A stretch of DNA of 59,700 nucleotides, filler included, from Sphacelaria rigidula (lineage: Eukaryota), in NCBI GenBank assembly GCA_964200075.2. It is 10 parts of 10 records of this genome, joined end to end, with 100 filler letters (N's around TTAATTAATTAA, not from the genome) between each part and the next. Parts side by side here need not be neighbours in the genome. Positions count along the whole stretch, not along the records: positions 29,901 to 35,780 come from CAXNAA020023773.1; positions 35,881 to 41,760 come from CAXNAA020023774.1; positions 41,861 to 47,740 come from CAXNAA020023775.1; 7 more parts are not named here. One strand, given 5' to 3'. This document shows positions 33,399 to 46,590 of the stretch, in pieces. The notes beneath the pieces are model-generated. The model was not told where the DNA came from. It saw only the letters and a program-made list of their open reading frames with translations, and ran no database searches. Within the stretch, counting starts at the first letter, position 1. Each line of letters begins with the position of its first letter. The translations under genes and the position numbers were made by a program.

Positions 33399-34884
33399 TG
33401 TAATGTTTGAGCGGACCGCGTGCTTTTTGGATCGCATCGGAGCTCAAACACCCCTATGGATAAGATCAGGGTTAGGGTTACACACGTGGACAAATAGCAC
33501 CCTGTAGGACGAGCTGCACAGGGTTCTCCACAGTCTTTGTGAAAACCCCTGTGCAGCATTTGCAAACCCTAGTACCTGTAATGGCATTTCGCATAGCGCT
33601 TTGTCGAAACCCTGCAAGCAACCCTGTGGAGAGGCCTTGCCAATTTCGAAAATTCCAAATTATTTTGGTATTAAATCTGTACATATATATATTTGTTTTG
33701 AATAGCTTCTCCTGCTGTCGGAGATAAATCCTCTTTTTGCCCGATTCAAATCGGGCAAAATGAATTTATCTCCGACAGCAGGAGAAGCTATTCAAAATAA
33801 ATCCTTTCTTCGCCCATGTTATTTGGGCAAAAAAGGATATATTTCGAACAGTAGAAGAACCTATTCAAAGTAGATCCTTTTCTCGCCCATTTAAATTGAG
33901 GGAAAAAAAGGATCTATTTCGAACAGCTTATCCTGCTGCGCGAATCTCATGCACACTGGCAGATTTGGAATTAGAACAGCAGAAGAAGCTCGAAATGACC
34001 TTTACTTTGCCCTCCAATTTTGTTCGGAAATTGGAGGAAAAGAGATTGATTGCAAGCAGCGTCAGCTGTGCATATCCCTCATATTGCACCGTTACCAGCG
34101 TATGGGATCATACACGCAACAAAAGTTGTTGAGAGCAACTCATCCTATTGCCCCAAAGGATGAATATTTCTCAACAGCTTTCGCTGAGTAGAGATCCCAC
34201 ACATTGGTTACGTGTGTATGTCCACACCTGTGCTTACAGCACAAACTCGGCGTGATAAGATGCTGGCAGAATGGTGTGTACCTCGCATATCAATCCACAT
34301 TGCTTTTGAGAACCCCGTGGTGCGCAGTCTACCAAAATCACTCAACCGAGTATGCTTTTGTTCAGAGAGGTTTTTGCTTGATAGTTGTTAGAAGCACAAA
34401 GTATTTGATCCACCAAGGCAAGCCAGGTAGCTCAATATCCACGCTGACGTACTCCAATGCACAAAATCGTGAGTTAGAGTCCCACTGCTGTGATTTCTTT
34501 ACCGTTTTTCTCTGCCAGTGCCATCCCCATGCTGTATGGAGTACGTTGTATGTGCGCTGTAAAGCTGTGCAGCATGTTAACAGCGATGAATTCTACACGG
34601 AGTGACGAAACCCTGTGAAGCGCCCTGTGTGGCACAAAATAATACCCTACAGTCAAATCCCCGCGAGAAACCCTGCACAATTTCCCTGAAACCCTGTGAA
34701 GCGTCCTGTGGGGCGCAGAAAAACAACTACAGCTAGATCCCCGCGAGAAACACTATACAGTTTCCCTGAACCCTGTAGACGTACCCCCCAGGGTGCTATT
34801 TGTCCACGTGTGTAGGGTTTGGGTCCCGAGGTGTTTTGAACTCCGATGCGGTCCAAAAAGCACGCGGTCCGCTCACGTAATACA
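33399..34884. mobile_element. TGT..ACA (Ginger-like) MITE split by a nested element
   Basis: ccgt|TGTAATGTTTGAGCGGACCGCGTGC..GCACGCGGTCCGCTCACGTAATACA|ccgg; internal gggttagggtta..tagggtttggg. Confidence 0.75.
33481..34812. mobile_element. 1,332-bp non-autonomous CAC..GTG element (CMC/EnSpm-like), 2-bp TSD TA
   Basis: Perfect 24-bp TIR CACACGTGGACAAATAGCACCCTG; TA on both sides; subterminal (A)ACCCTGTG repeats; partial copies at about 53840-53893 and 58630-59086. Confidence 0.88.
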
Positions 34885-35493
34885 CCGGTACCGACACACA
34901 AACCAGGGAACACCCCAAGACCGCCGACGGAGGACAAAATGAGCAAATGACAGAGAAGGACAGGGTTCCGTTTCAGCTGAGCTTCCCTCATTCACCCGTA
35001 GTCGAGTACAAATCAGTCCACTTTTCTCGGTCGCTTCTACCACGGATTCCTCGCGAGTTGTTGCTGTTGTTGTGTTTGCGGTGTGGCAGCTCTCCCACTG
35101 GCGGAGATCAACGCAGCAGTCTCTCGTTTGTCTTCGCGTCGCCACGTGTCCCCGAACTCTTCCGCCCCTGTCTCGGCTTCAAGGTGATATATCCCCATAT
35201 TCTTCGCCTCAGTGATCCAATCGTGTTCGTCATAATTTCCATACTGTATATAAACCATTTCCGACGTGATCATTTCCGTGGAATGCCCCCTAGTGCACGT
35301 AGGTTGTCCTGTAGGTTATCCCCCCAGTGTTTGGCTGGGCGGCCAGCCTCCTCGCGCCCTTGTCTGGCTAACCGTCCGTGCATGATGTGTTTCGGGAGCT
35401 GTGTTTCGTCCTGCCAGGCAAGGGCTCCCGTGAACAAGAGTTGACGCCTACGCAGTGGATCATCTCGAGCACCGCTCTGTACGAAAGAGTTTT

Positions 35494-35742
35494 GGCACTT
35501 TCTACGACAGCCCCCCCCCGAAACCAGCTAAAAGTGTCACGAACAAAATGGCCATACAGCGCCTGATCTTCGGGGTTAGGCTGCATGGAGCACCTCATAT
35601 TGGCGACATTGACTAGAACGAACCCAAGCGTGGAAATTTCCAGCTTCTCGTTGTGCTCTGCTTTTCCCATTTCAATTTACGTGAAGGCTTTGCCTCCCAA
35701 AATGATGCACTTTGGGGGGGGGGGGCTATCGTAGAAAGTGTC
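35494..35742. mobile_element. ~250-bp MITE, third copy of the GRCAC family
   Basis: tttt|ggcactttctacgacagc..gctatcgtagaaagtgtc|tctt (4-bp TSD with one mismatch). Confidence 0.88.
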
Positions 35743-36323
35743 TCTTGTAGCCCATTCGGTCGTTCCTGCGGACTTCACCANNNNNNNNNNNNNNNNNNNN
35801 NNNNNNNNNNNNNNNNNNNNNNNNTTAATTAATTAANNNNNNNNNNNNNNNNNNNNNNNNNNNNNNNNNNNNNNNNNNNNATAAATTTCAACCTGGAGCC
35901 AGGCATAACCGGGTTCAGAACCAGGTGATCTAGAACCATTTTTTTGCGAGGATTCCGTTTTTTTTTTTTTTCACAGAGGTGGTGGGGGCCCGGCAAAAAG
36001 AGATTGACTAGTTCCCCCGCGTTTTTGGCGAAACGGTATATTCGACATAACTCGTCACCAACATGTCTGTGAAACCTAAAAGTAGGTTTATTCGAAAGCC
36101 TTGATCCGTAGCTTTCGAATGATATGCATTTTGTTGGGTTATTACCCTGGCTCCATGAAGAAATTAATCAAGTGGCCTGTGAGCGGGACCTTGAAAATTA
36201 CCACTTTATGCACCAGACGTATGAAGCGAAACCCGCCGTGGATTATACCTACACAACGACCAGCCGCTAAAACTATTCGGTGGGAGAGAAAGCGGACAAA
36301 CTTCCGACACATTCAATGAGTTC

Positions 36324-37160
36324 ATGAGCCTGCCGAGAAAGCTACACTGGATGGTGACTTCAGACGAGGAAAGGCCAAGCGTCAAGACAAACAAGGTGCA
36401 CACCCTCGTGCCAGCTACGTCCGCCCCAACCGGGAACAAGGTGATCGTTTTTTTATGGGTCTACAAGAATAAAAAAAGAGATTTCTTACAAGGGATTTCT
36501 CCATGGCCGACGTGGGAGACGTGTCGTGGGTGCTCAGGATGGGGGTTACCCGTGACCACGAGAAGACAGTTAGTATTACCCCCAAAAAAACATACCAAGT
36601 CCCTGCTGGAGTGATACGGAGTGGTGAAATTCAACACCGTGTGTACTCCTGGGGTGTGACAAGAAGTGTCACTCTATCACCCGCAGGAAAAGCTGCTGAA
36701 TAAGGAGGACAAACAGCGAGCGCTTCAAGGCCATCACGCGCAGCGTTATGTACCTCGAACACGTGGATCGCAATCGCATTGGGTACGCCGTTAATTAACC
36801 GGCGTGGGCGATGTCCGAGCCTTCTAAGGCACACATGGCGGCGGCCAAGCACTCACTCCGGTACCTGGCCGGGACGGCAAAACATAACATCACGTATGAA
36901 GTTCGCGGATTCGAGCTAACGGCGTTCTCCGACGCAAACTGGGGTAACAACCCAGAAAACAACGGGAAATCGACCTCATCATACAATTTCTTTCTCCCAA
37001 ATGGCTCGACCAGCTTCAAGGCGGGACTGCAATGACTCACGGCGCAATCGACCATGAAAGCCGAGCCCGTGGACACAGCACTCATCCTGAAGGAGGTCGT
37101 GTTTTGTTCGAACATGATGCACTCCGACTCCGTCCCTGTCTACGGCGACAACTCTTCAGC
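36324..37160 (+). mobile_element. Ty1/Copia RT-RNase H relic (frameshifted, internally deleted)
   Basis: W..TSDEE..SVKTNKVHTLVP..GNKVI..LWVYK; SMADVGDVSWVLRMGVTRD; AMSEPSKAHMAAAKHSLRYLAGT..LTAFSDANWGNNPENNGKSTSSY..LQ*LTAQSTMKAE. Confidence 0.9.
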
Positions 37161-38679
37161 TCGCGCATCATGTTGGAATAACATACGGCACCCTTCAATG
37201 TGAATTCTGGGGCGATAAGCTCTGCCGCCGTGGTCAATTGCGCCATCGGCCCTCACAGTCCCACGTTGAAGCTGATCAGGCCATTCGAGAGAGGACAATG
37301 TATGATCCTATACTCTCGAAGCAGTGTGTCTGTTCAGTCGGCTTAACCCCCACCGCCGCCAGCCTCTGCGATCACACTTAAAGTGTCGAAGTACATTTTT
37401 CAACGTAGCTCACCCGCCCAATCCACCGTAAATTCGTTACGTGTATATTTGTTGGGGATATTTGTATTCACCGACCGAGAGTGACCATGGAAGGTCAGGC
37501 CCCGTGCACATTCAGCAGACCCTCAGCTCCGTGTGGATCAAGTAGTCGTTTATACTTCCTCCAACACATGAGTAAAGTCGGTTATGTTCGTACGGGCCCT
37601 TGAACGTGTGCGATGGCGTTAGGGATGATATTTTTGAAATCTTTGTCATTTTTGTAGTTGAATCCCATTCTTGTTTTGTTTTTGGCGCAGTCTTCAGCAT
37701 GGACTAGCGGCAAATGGCAAATAAAAGCAGTTGGCCCAGAAATGGACGTCTTTTCCTCCTTTTCCGGAAAAAAGGGGAGAAAAACTGAAACTCGGAAAAA
37801 TGGCCAGAAACGCAAGAATATGCAAAAACAAATGTGTTTCTTTGCGCTTCATCTTTGCTAGACGATACGCACGCCTCGTCTGAAAGTGTGTGGTCATGTT
37901 GTGGACTGCATCCATCACAAACACAGGCAAACATTTTCCAAATTCAGCTGAAAACGGTACAAAATTGGACGAAATCGGCCTAAATTTGATCAAATTTAAC
38001 CCACGATTTATCTCCACTACCAACTCGGATTTTTGTTTCTTTTTGTCCGTGACCATTTCCGTCACTGTATCTTCCCAAAAATTCGAACTACAGCATCTTA
38101 CGCGTTCAGACGATATGATCTGTGCCCCATTACCGACTTTACTGATGGGTCGGAGAAAGTATTGATTCAGAATGGATTATCCTGAATCGATGCCGTACAT
38201 ACATCTAGGGGCTTACAGGGATCATGACTTCCTCTTTGACATCACAAACAGGGTTGATGTAGAAGGTAAGAAAGAAAAAACGAAAGAAAGAAGGAAATAA
38301 ATAAAGGAGCACAGGCGACAAAAACTAGTCGCAGGGTGTAGCAAAAAGCTCTCGATAAAGAAAGCAAGGATTTTACCTCGAATCAATACCCCCCATACCC
38401 GCACACATTGAAATTGCCAAGAAACAAAACATGGGAAATTGAACAAAAGAGGGAAAAAAAGAAATCCGAGTGCCTCTTATCCCGACATGTGGACAATAAA
38501 CAAAAAGAAACGCTCTTGATCCCCGAGCACCATGTAGTGTACACATCGATCAATAGGCTTGACAGATGGGACGGCCACCGGCATCAGCTGTTGTGACACA
38601 TCCTCACGTTGGACAATATATGGCCAATAGTTGCAACAGATCTACTCTTTACGAGGTATAACTTTTTTCTATTGCAACT

Positions 38680-38880
38680 GTGTTGTGTGTGTTGTCGGCC
38701 CTTTTATTCTGGGCGCCAGTCTACCCCTTTCGGGATATGTGGGCGCATCAGCTGGTGTCACACAGGAGGAAGGTCAACACAGGAGCTTTTTTTCTTTTTT
38801 ATTTGTTTTCAGTACCCCACCCTCCTTCTGCGGTGCTTGCCTTTTTATTTTTCATCGCGAGAGGGGTTCAGCAGTCCCTT
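38680..38880 (-). mobile_element. tRNA-derived SINE, copy 3 (5'-truncated)
   Basis: ccttctgcggtgcttgccttt..cgcgagaggggttcagcagtccctt aligns with the 3' half of 1616-1978 and 18130-18492. Confidence 0.75.
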
Positions 38881-39865
38881 GTCATAAAGAGGGAGTAGCT
38901 AATGCAATGACTGGGGTCTCTCAGTATGAGGCCAGGAGATACCATGGTGCCAACCCACCAAGCTCCCACGTGGGCAAACTCACACAAACCTAGCTATCCT
39001 TCCTTGACGTATCACAAAGTAGATTCATTCATGTTCAGACTCTTGATAAGGGACTCACGTGTTTGCTTAGCATCATGTTTTATCTTCAAGTCCCTCTTAC
39101 TCAGTACAGCCGCAGGGCAGCCATAGGAGTAGAGCGTAGGTGATGGCCCAGGGTAGAGACCAAGGCAAGCCGGTAACTGATTAGATGGGGCGCCGCGGCC
39201 TGGGGCCGCGGCTGAACAACTCTAACTTATGACAGTAGCAAACGCGACAACAACGCGTCACGGAATCCAGGGTCTACGAGCAGACCCGCACAGAGCATAG
39301 CTTGCAACGCCTCTGAGCTTCATCACACTAGCCCATCCTAGACGAGTCCTTACGCAGTTGAACGACATCACCTCGGCACAATGTAATTACGCCGAGAAAT
39401 TTCGGTATTCAACGAGAAAGGGCTTTCCTACACTACACTCGTACAAAAGCATGAATCGAAGAAAAAATAATATCTCTCCCACACCTTGAAAAGGCGAGCA
39501 TCGCTGCGATCCGACACATCATCAAGCGTTCAATCCACAAGAAGGAAAACGTTGTATATACGTGACACTCACGCACCTATGTTGAACAAGACAATACACA
39601 CGCAAGTCCATCTACAAAGTAAAGCACTAAATAGTACGCACGCGTAGACTTTCATCTACAAACGGAACAAGAATGGAATGCCAGACAATCCGGGAAGAGG
39701 GGATGGAAAACGCAGTTGCGGCATAACATCGCGGCAACTGCACTGGTCGGACGCAGATCCAAGTGAGCTCCCCGTCTTTGTTCGACTCCGTCCCGACACA
39801 TCCGTCGCGTATAGCGAGAGTGGCACCCCGCTCGTTTCCGTGGCAGGGCGTTTGAAGTATCAAAC
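38880..39865 (-). CDS. Possible exons of an unidentified gene (39865-39642, 39176-39059, 38989-about 38880)
   Basis: GT-AG boundaries with compatible phases (GLILQTPCH..DESLR / LPACLGLYPGPSPTLYSYGCP.. / RLCEFAHVGAWWVGTMVSPGLILRDP); weak acceptors, no recognised domain. Confidence 0.25.
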
Positions 39866-41869
39866 CTGCCTTGCAAAAGGCGTGCAGCGTTAAGTACAAT
39901 GCGATGGGGGCGGGGGGAACTACGCAGCAACAGGGAGATAAAATTGGGGATGCAGCCGAAGTTCACGGTTGGTGTGCCCAAAGTGCGTAGTCAAAATCCT
40001 GCGGGGGTGGGCACTAGCCCATCCAAGACGACACTCAGGGTAAAAAGCCAAATGTCGTTGGTCAGAACGTTTCGTTCAGCGCGGCGGATCAACTATCGCG
40101 TGTGATGAGCAAAACTTGGTGTCAATTAAAAAAAACAATTCGTCAGGACGCAATACCCAACTCAAGCAATCGTCCGGCGGAAGTACGGCCTACAACAAGG
40201 GCGGTATGATTGATCATTCCTAGGGGAACACTGGACCACGAGTAACGGAGCGACACAAGAAAACACACCCGTGTCGCCAGCTGACCAGCCTGCGCCACGG
40301 GATAGGGGCAGAACAAACAAACGAACACATCCAGATGAATTGTCGAAATGCAGTAGCTCACTTCAACCTGAAACAGTCGTCGGGCATAAATACGGCCTAC
40401 AACAAGGGCGGTATCATTAGCAGTACACGGTGTAACCAAGGACCCGTGCAACAAGACGATATAAGGGAATACTCCCGTGCGGCGAGCTTTCTTGGCTAGA
40501 GGCAGGGGGTTGAGCAGTGACAACAGCAAACACACCCAGAGAACTAGTCATCAAAGTTCCAAACATGCGGGGAGGCTGGACTTAATAAATCTACAGTCCT
40601 CTCATCGCGTAAGGAAATTTCAAAGACAAGAAGAAGAAAAACAAACACTAGATGCCCAGGGGACACGGACAAAGATGCGACAGCGACAAGAAAGGTGACT
40701 ACGGGTACTAGAAACAGTCACCAAGAAGGCGAACTCAGCACAAAGAAACACGGCACCAAAACCTGTGGGGGGGCTACAATTCAGCAAAGGGGAGGGGGGG
40801 GGGTTATGATCTGATATCTGACCAGGTTGGATTGAGGGGTTCTGAAATCCACCAAGGTGAGCTCATCGCCCGCCGCATCGCCGAGGGATGCGGGCGGTGT
40901 GTCGTAGCGACTCATGTATAGGCCCACGATACAACCGGTGTTGGGGGGCTACGATCTGATATCTGACCAGATCGGGGGGGTGCTGGGAATTAGCCAGGGC
41001 AGCGGCATATGGAACGGGCACGTGGGCTGTGTCCGAAGGCGTCTCTTCTACAAGGCAAAATGTTCGAGCCCGAGTATTATTCCCACAGTACAGTAAAAGA
41101 TTATACTTTGCACTGATGAGGGGGGGACGTGGTGCGCTAGAAACCCCTGCGCGGTTACGGGGCCATTTCGCCTTCCTCGACAAGGGGCGGGGACCATCTG
41201 GTACTACAAGAAAAAGCACAATCGGGTCGGACTGAAGTGTTGTGAAACATCGTGGGGTGGTGACGCAAAACTTGTGGGCTTCCATCCGAGGGCAAATTTT
41301 GTCGCTAAAACCACAGCACTCCCGACGGGAGTCATCTGTAAATACAGAAAAAGGTCAATCAGGCCTGGCTGATGTGATGTGAGCAAACATCGAGGGGGTG
41401 GTCACGCAAAACTCGTGGGCTGACATCCGAAGGCAAATTTTGTCGCTGAAACCACAATTCGTCAATTATCAAGCGAGTCCTGAAAAGAGGCTCAACTCGT
41501 TGTACCGTTGACGGAAAACGAAAACATGCACCATGACAAGGAAATCGAGCAGGCGACGTTGTTCCAGAATGGCGGAAATCAAACACGGTAGACTCGAATC
41601 AATTGTGCCAACGTCAACAACGCGACGGCCGGTATTACATGCGTGTGCTGTCAAAGGGGGAAGCTACAGTCTCCACGACTGACGGTTCAGCTTCCCACAC
41701 CTTAGAACCATGCTGCGCGGTGGGGTACCGCAGCACACAAAAGGGCGCCCGGGGGGGAAGNNNNNNNNNNNNNNNNNNNNNNNNNNNNNNNNNNNNNNNN
41801 NNNNTTAATTAATTAANNNNNNNNNNNNNNNNNNNNNNNNNNNNNNNNNNNNNNNNNNNNCAGGCCGAA

Positions 41870-42430
41870 GAAATCGTGAATTTGGTGATTTTGAGTCGTC
41901 ATGATTTGTCCGAACCGTGCATATTTCTCCCTCCAACACGTCCCGTTCGTCCTTGTATTGTTCATATTCGGTCACTACATGAGTTCTACTCTCTATTGCT
42001 TCGCCACAGGGGCAATTCCGTGCAACTGCTTCCTCCTCCACTCGATGACTGGTATACCTCTTCCTGGATTGTGCCAGGTCGAGGTCTCCCACCCGAAATC
42101 GCAGTTTCATTTTTATCGCTGAGTCCATTGGGCCATGCAAATATGCTTCATCACTATCCCCTCTCCCAACCCCCCGTATATTTCCAGGTGCCCTCCCTCG
42201 TCTACTTTTCGTCCAAGCGCTTATTTTTCTTTTATTTTCATCATGTCTATTACTTTTCTGTATTGTGCCCGCAACATTCACCCATGGACATGATGGTCTC
42301 ACCTTGGTTCCTTATGTCCTTCCAGACTTTCTGGACTACGCTATACCACCTATTTTCCAGCTCGCCTTTCGATATTTCCCCTCATGCGGCCCTATCAACT
42401 GTGGCTGGAAATTTCTTTCTTGGCATGCTC
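41870..42430 (-). mobile_element. LINE ORF2 C-terminal relic (post-RT Cys/His region)
   Basis: YLHGPMDSAIKMKLRFRVGDLDL..RKRYT..NCPCGEAIESRTHVV.E...YKDERDVLEGE (CxC..H zinc-knuckle-like); a related piece lies at about 29905-29975. Confidence 0.65.
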
Positions 42431-43364
42431 CTCTGAGCATATTAGTGCAAGGTCACGCACTACGTGCTCAGTTGATGAGTAGCTACGGCTTTAGCTGTGT
42501 GTATTCGGTTCGCGGGGGGCGGTCAATTCCTCGGGACTCTTTCCACTGTACTGGGTTGTGTCAAGCCTACGCATGTGCCACCGTCGACGGGTTCTTTATG
42601 TTCCTCTTCGGGCTGAAATCGAGGGAAAAAAACGTAATTTGTGGAACCGGCATCGTTTCTACCTGAAAACTGGATCGGCATCATGCTCCTTTAACAATCA
42701 GAATACATAACATAAAATCGTGCAGCCGCTCCCCATTGAAGAGATGTCTTCTTCTCGCGGGGCAGTGTTTTGATCTTGCATTCATGTCTGATCAGCTCAG
42801 TCGTACAGTACGACCTTTTCCCTTGTCGCTACACTGCCGGTGCAAGTATTGCTCATCATGACTGGCCGGATGCAACGTTACTAACTTCGTTTTTCAAGTT
42901 GAACCGGCACCATCTCAACGGGTGCTGACCCTTTGTGTGCGTGCTCATCGTTCATCATTGAATCTGAAGTGACTTGTGCAATATCACATACCACGTGCTC
43001 AGCAGATGAGCAGCTTCGGCTTTTTCTTCAAACTATGTCATGTACGATGACGCATCACGGGTGCTCATGTATTTTGGCTGTCGTTCCACTGAGCGTGGAA
43101 GCGCACGCGGCCGAAACCCTTGGATATGTACATCTTACTCGGTAGTTATCGAAGGTCCCAGCTGGGCATGTGATCCACCCGAATCCCCCCAAACCCTGGT
43201 ACTTCCGATATCTGGTGGGAAGAAATGAAAAATAAATAAATACATCGTTCTTGGAGAGTTTGGTAATGTCCAATACTTCATGTGTGATACGTTTCAGCGT
43301 GCAACTCCAGGAATCGGCGTGATTTGCGGATGACTGGATTTTGGCACATAGACGTGACCCAGCC

Positions 43365-43900
43365 TGTACCCTTCGGTTTTCTTAACAGGACTACATAGGG
43401 GCACCCCGAGGAAGACAGTGTGATCCACCCTCGTCCTAGGTACGCGCAGGGGCTATAATCCGCCGTCAGGGCCTGTTGAATGCGAATAGTGACGCCCCTG
43501 AATATGCGAGAGGTGTCGTTCGAACGTACCCATCGTACTCTGCAGCTCCATAACTCCTGCCGGCTCCCGGCACCTCCTCCCTGGGGAAAAAATCGGCGCA
43601 TCTCCTCCACCAGAATTCACAGTGGAACGGTTTTTTTCCCCACGTGTGATCCATTTGTGGCCGGGCAACAATGAATCTGAACACGTGACCGGTACCGGTG
43701 GAAGATCCTCTAGCGTACCCAAAGTAGCGCTTCCTTTTGTTTTTCTTGACGGGACTGTGGACACCCCGAGGAAGATACTGTTCCATTCCCTCCCCAAGTA
43801 CGCGCTGTGATCATAGTGTACCATCAGGGCCTATTACATACGAATGGCGACGCCCCTAAACAAGCGAGTGGCTACTAGAACGCATGCATCGTACTTGCTG
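43365..43900. repeat. Diverged tandem duplication (~360-bp period), possibly Gypsy RT-derived
   Basis: ttttctt.ac.ggact..gcaccccgaggaaga..gtacgcgc..cagggcct..gacgcccct..gaacg..catcgtact occurs twice; the minus strand reads LGRGWITLSSSGCPYVVLLRKPKG. Confidence 0.55.
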
Positions 43901-45929
43901 AGTTGCGATCACCATCTTCCCCCCTCCCTCCCCCCCGGCCATGAGCATGGCAGGGCGAAAACCCGGCGTGCTCCGTCCCGGCTTCGTAGGGTTGCGAGGT
44001 CAGTGGTCTGATGAACCGAAACTAACTGCATGTTCTCCTAGTCCAATCAGAAGAAAACTCGTATTTTCACACTCTCAAACAAACGAAACCACACGGTGCT
44101 TGCCTGCTCCTTGAAGACCTGATCTCGGTAAGGTCGCGGCGCGTCCTCTTCCTTGTGGGTGCGAAAAAAATGCGCGAGCAGAGGCTCGTCGTGCACTACG
44201 GTGTCCGGGCGCTGTAACGGGGCCATCGTGAGGGAGGGAAATGATTATTAGTTGATTGACTTGATTGACTATCGCGCGCTAACCGATCTGATCTTCGAGG
44301 CACCGGATCCAGCGGCGGTCATTATCCAGAGGATAGACGTGACCAAGGTCAACGGAACGAAAACACTTCCTGAGGGACACCCGAGAAAAGAAAGCATGGC
44401 GCTCTGAAGGGCAGCTCACCGCGGTAACTTTTCCGTATCTCAAAGTTCCTTCTTTCAATGTTCAAGGTTTTTTTGCCTCGTATTAGAACTCACTTTCGAT
44501 GTTTGCTCGTCTGCTTTCGTCGAGGCGTGTCGTGTGCGTATCGAACGACCCCCACCCCTGGTATTAAAGTTTTCCGAGTAAAGGGCTAAAGTAGCATGCA
44601 ATTTGAGCCCAAAATTGTGCGTGCAACTATATTTGAAGATAGAGACAGTATACTGGCCGGTTTCGGTAGAGCCGCCAGTGCGGCCATGTTCTCCAGCAGG
44701 TGCACATTGCGAAGATGGGTACTTTCGCAACATCTTCGGTTGTGCGTGCACTCGTTGGGAGCACAGACATTACTATAGCGAGTTGGGGATGCGCCCTGCG
44801 AATATTACGCCCAAGTTCATGTATACTTATTGCCAAATGCCATTCACTTCATCGGGATATGTCCTTGCCCAGGCAGTGGTCCTCTCAGGGCGCCCTCCCT
44901 CCATTAGTGTTGACTGAAACAAAATCAGTTTAGTACAAAATAGAAACAGTTCGTTCAATATTCGATATTAAACGGAAATGTAATGTATTGAATCGATTAG
45001 ATATTCGACGATTCGGCATTTCGATACAACACAACACGACATCAACATCCGGTCTGAAACCCTTCGACTGCGAGCGTCGCCTCGGACCAGTTGTTTCACC
45101 ACCTGACATTCCGGAGACGTGCGGGGGTTTCCAGGGGGCGGTGGAAGGGAATAGGGGAGAGGGGGGGGGATGACAGCGGGTTGGGAACCTGTTCGCAGAA
45201 GAGCCGAAACTCTCCCTCGGTCAACTTTATCTGGTTCGACGTTTCCCACGGAAAATTCTAAGCCAGGAGGGAGGCCCGAGAGGGGTGGAGGGATCGTTTT
45301 GAGAGCTATGATTGGTCAGAATGATCAGTATGCCACACCCCAGATGGACTGCAAATGCACTACCACGCAGTCTAGCTGCATTTCCCGTTTTGGTCTTCAC
45401 CACTCAACCATATGTAACTTGGGCACGATGAGCTTGTCACTCTGCTCATGGCGGTCTTTGTCGCCTGCCTGATGACCCTTGTGTCGCCGGCATAGATTCA
45501 TGTTGTCTCGCAGCGTTGTGGAACACTAAGCAGAGACATCAGCAGCGTACAGTAGACTGTGTTTAGTGGAGGGCGATGGTATGCTCCCCGTTTCTTGCCG
45601 TTGTATCCGGCGGAGACATATAACGTACATCCTGACACTGCAATGACTGGTCTGGCGTAAAAATCGGTCAAGGATTCCCCGGGACAATTTTTCATACTCA
45701 TGCACGGTACACACATGCTCATAAAAAATGCGTTTCGTGTAGTGGAAAAATAGCTTTTGTGAACCCGAAATGTGGCACAGCCTATCTGAGTCCATTTGAC
45801 ACGGGGTCGCAGTTTGAAAGACACTAATGAGAATAAATTTGGTGATATTGACAGCAACATAACGGTTCATAACTCAAGATCACGAGGAATCATCCGCCTT
45901 TCCTATCGCAGGCAGAAAAAAAGTGATCA

Positions 45930-46590
45930 GACCGCAATGTCGGCAACACTCAGCTGACCGCGGACTCTCTGTAGGGCGGCCATCACGCGCAAGGTGTATG
46001 GGCATTGTCGCACGATCGAACGCGGACCGCCTGCCGCACGAGGAGGAAAAGCAGTAGCACCAGCAGCATCTTCATAGCCAGCAGTTGTGTAAAAAAATCG
46101 GGCACCCATACGTCCGTTCATCCAAATGGTGTACAACACATCCTATCACAGTACAATACAGGAGATACCATATATTTTTCATTGTTCGGAAGAGAGCCCA
46201 GATTACCAATTGCCATGATTCTAGGCATACCGGAGGAAAGCCAAACGACAACACCCGAAGAATTTTTCAAAGAAACACGGGAAAACCTACAGTTTGGATT
46301 TGAAGTTGCGAGACAAGCCCTACGAGAAGAGCGAACGAGCAAGAAAACAAGAACAAATTCAAATATTTCAAACACAGTCAAAAGGTACTCTTGCACCCAC
46401 CACACCAGGACTCAAGAAGGCCGAGCCTGAAACTCCAGTTTACATGGAGAGAACCGTTTATGGTAACCGAGAGACGATCGCTGGTGGTGTACATAATCAA
46501 AATAGGCGACGACTCTAGAGAAACGTCAGCACATCTCGCTCATTTGAAGAAATATCAACAGCGAGACACAGCGCCGGCACCGGACTTTGA
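45930..46590 (+). mobile_element. Ty3/Gypsy integrase C-terminal relic
   Basis: TGDTIYFSLFGREPRLPIAMILG..RENLQFGFEVARQAL; KLQFTWREPFMV..VVYII..SAHLAHLKKY (degenerate GPF/Y module). Confidence 0.7.

Noticed and set aside
43995..44050. Hammerhead-like CTGATGA..GAAAC..GTC
   Set aside because: Stem II is absent and stem I does not pair. The CTGATGA belongs to the LINE-tail repeat (gaggtca.tggtctgatga) also present at 23760-23820 and 29990-30030, where no GAAA follows.
44603..44933. Possible exon (GAHCEDGYFRNIFGCACTRWEHRHYY..)
   Set aside because: Several frames are open, no family is recognised and no in-phase partner exon was found.
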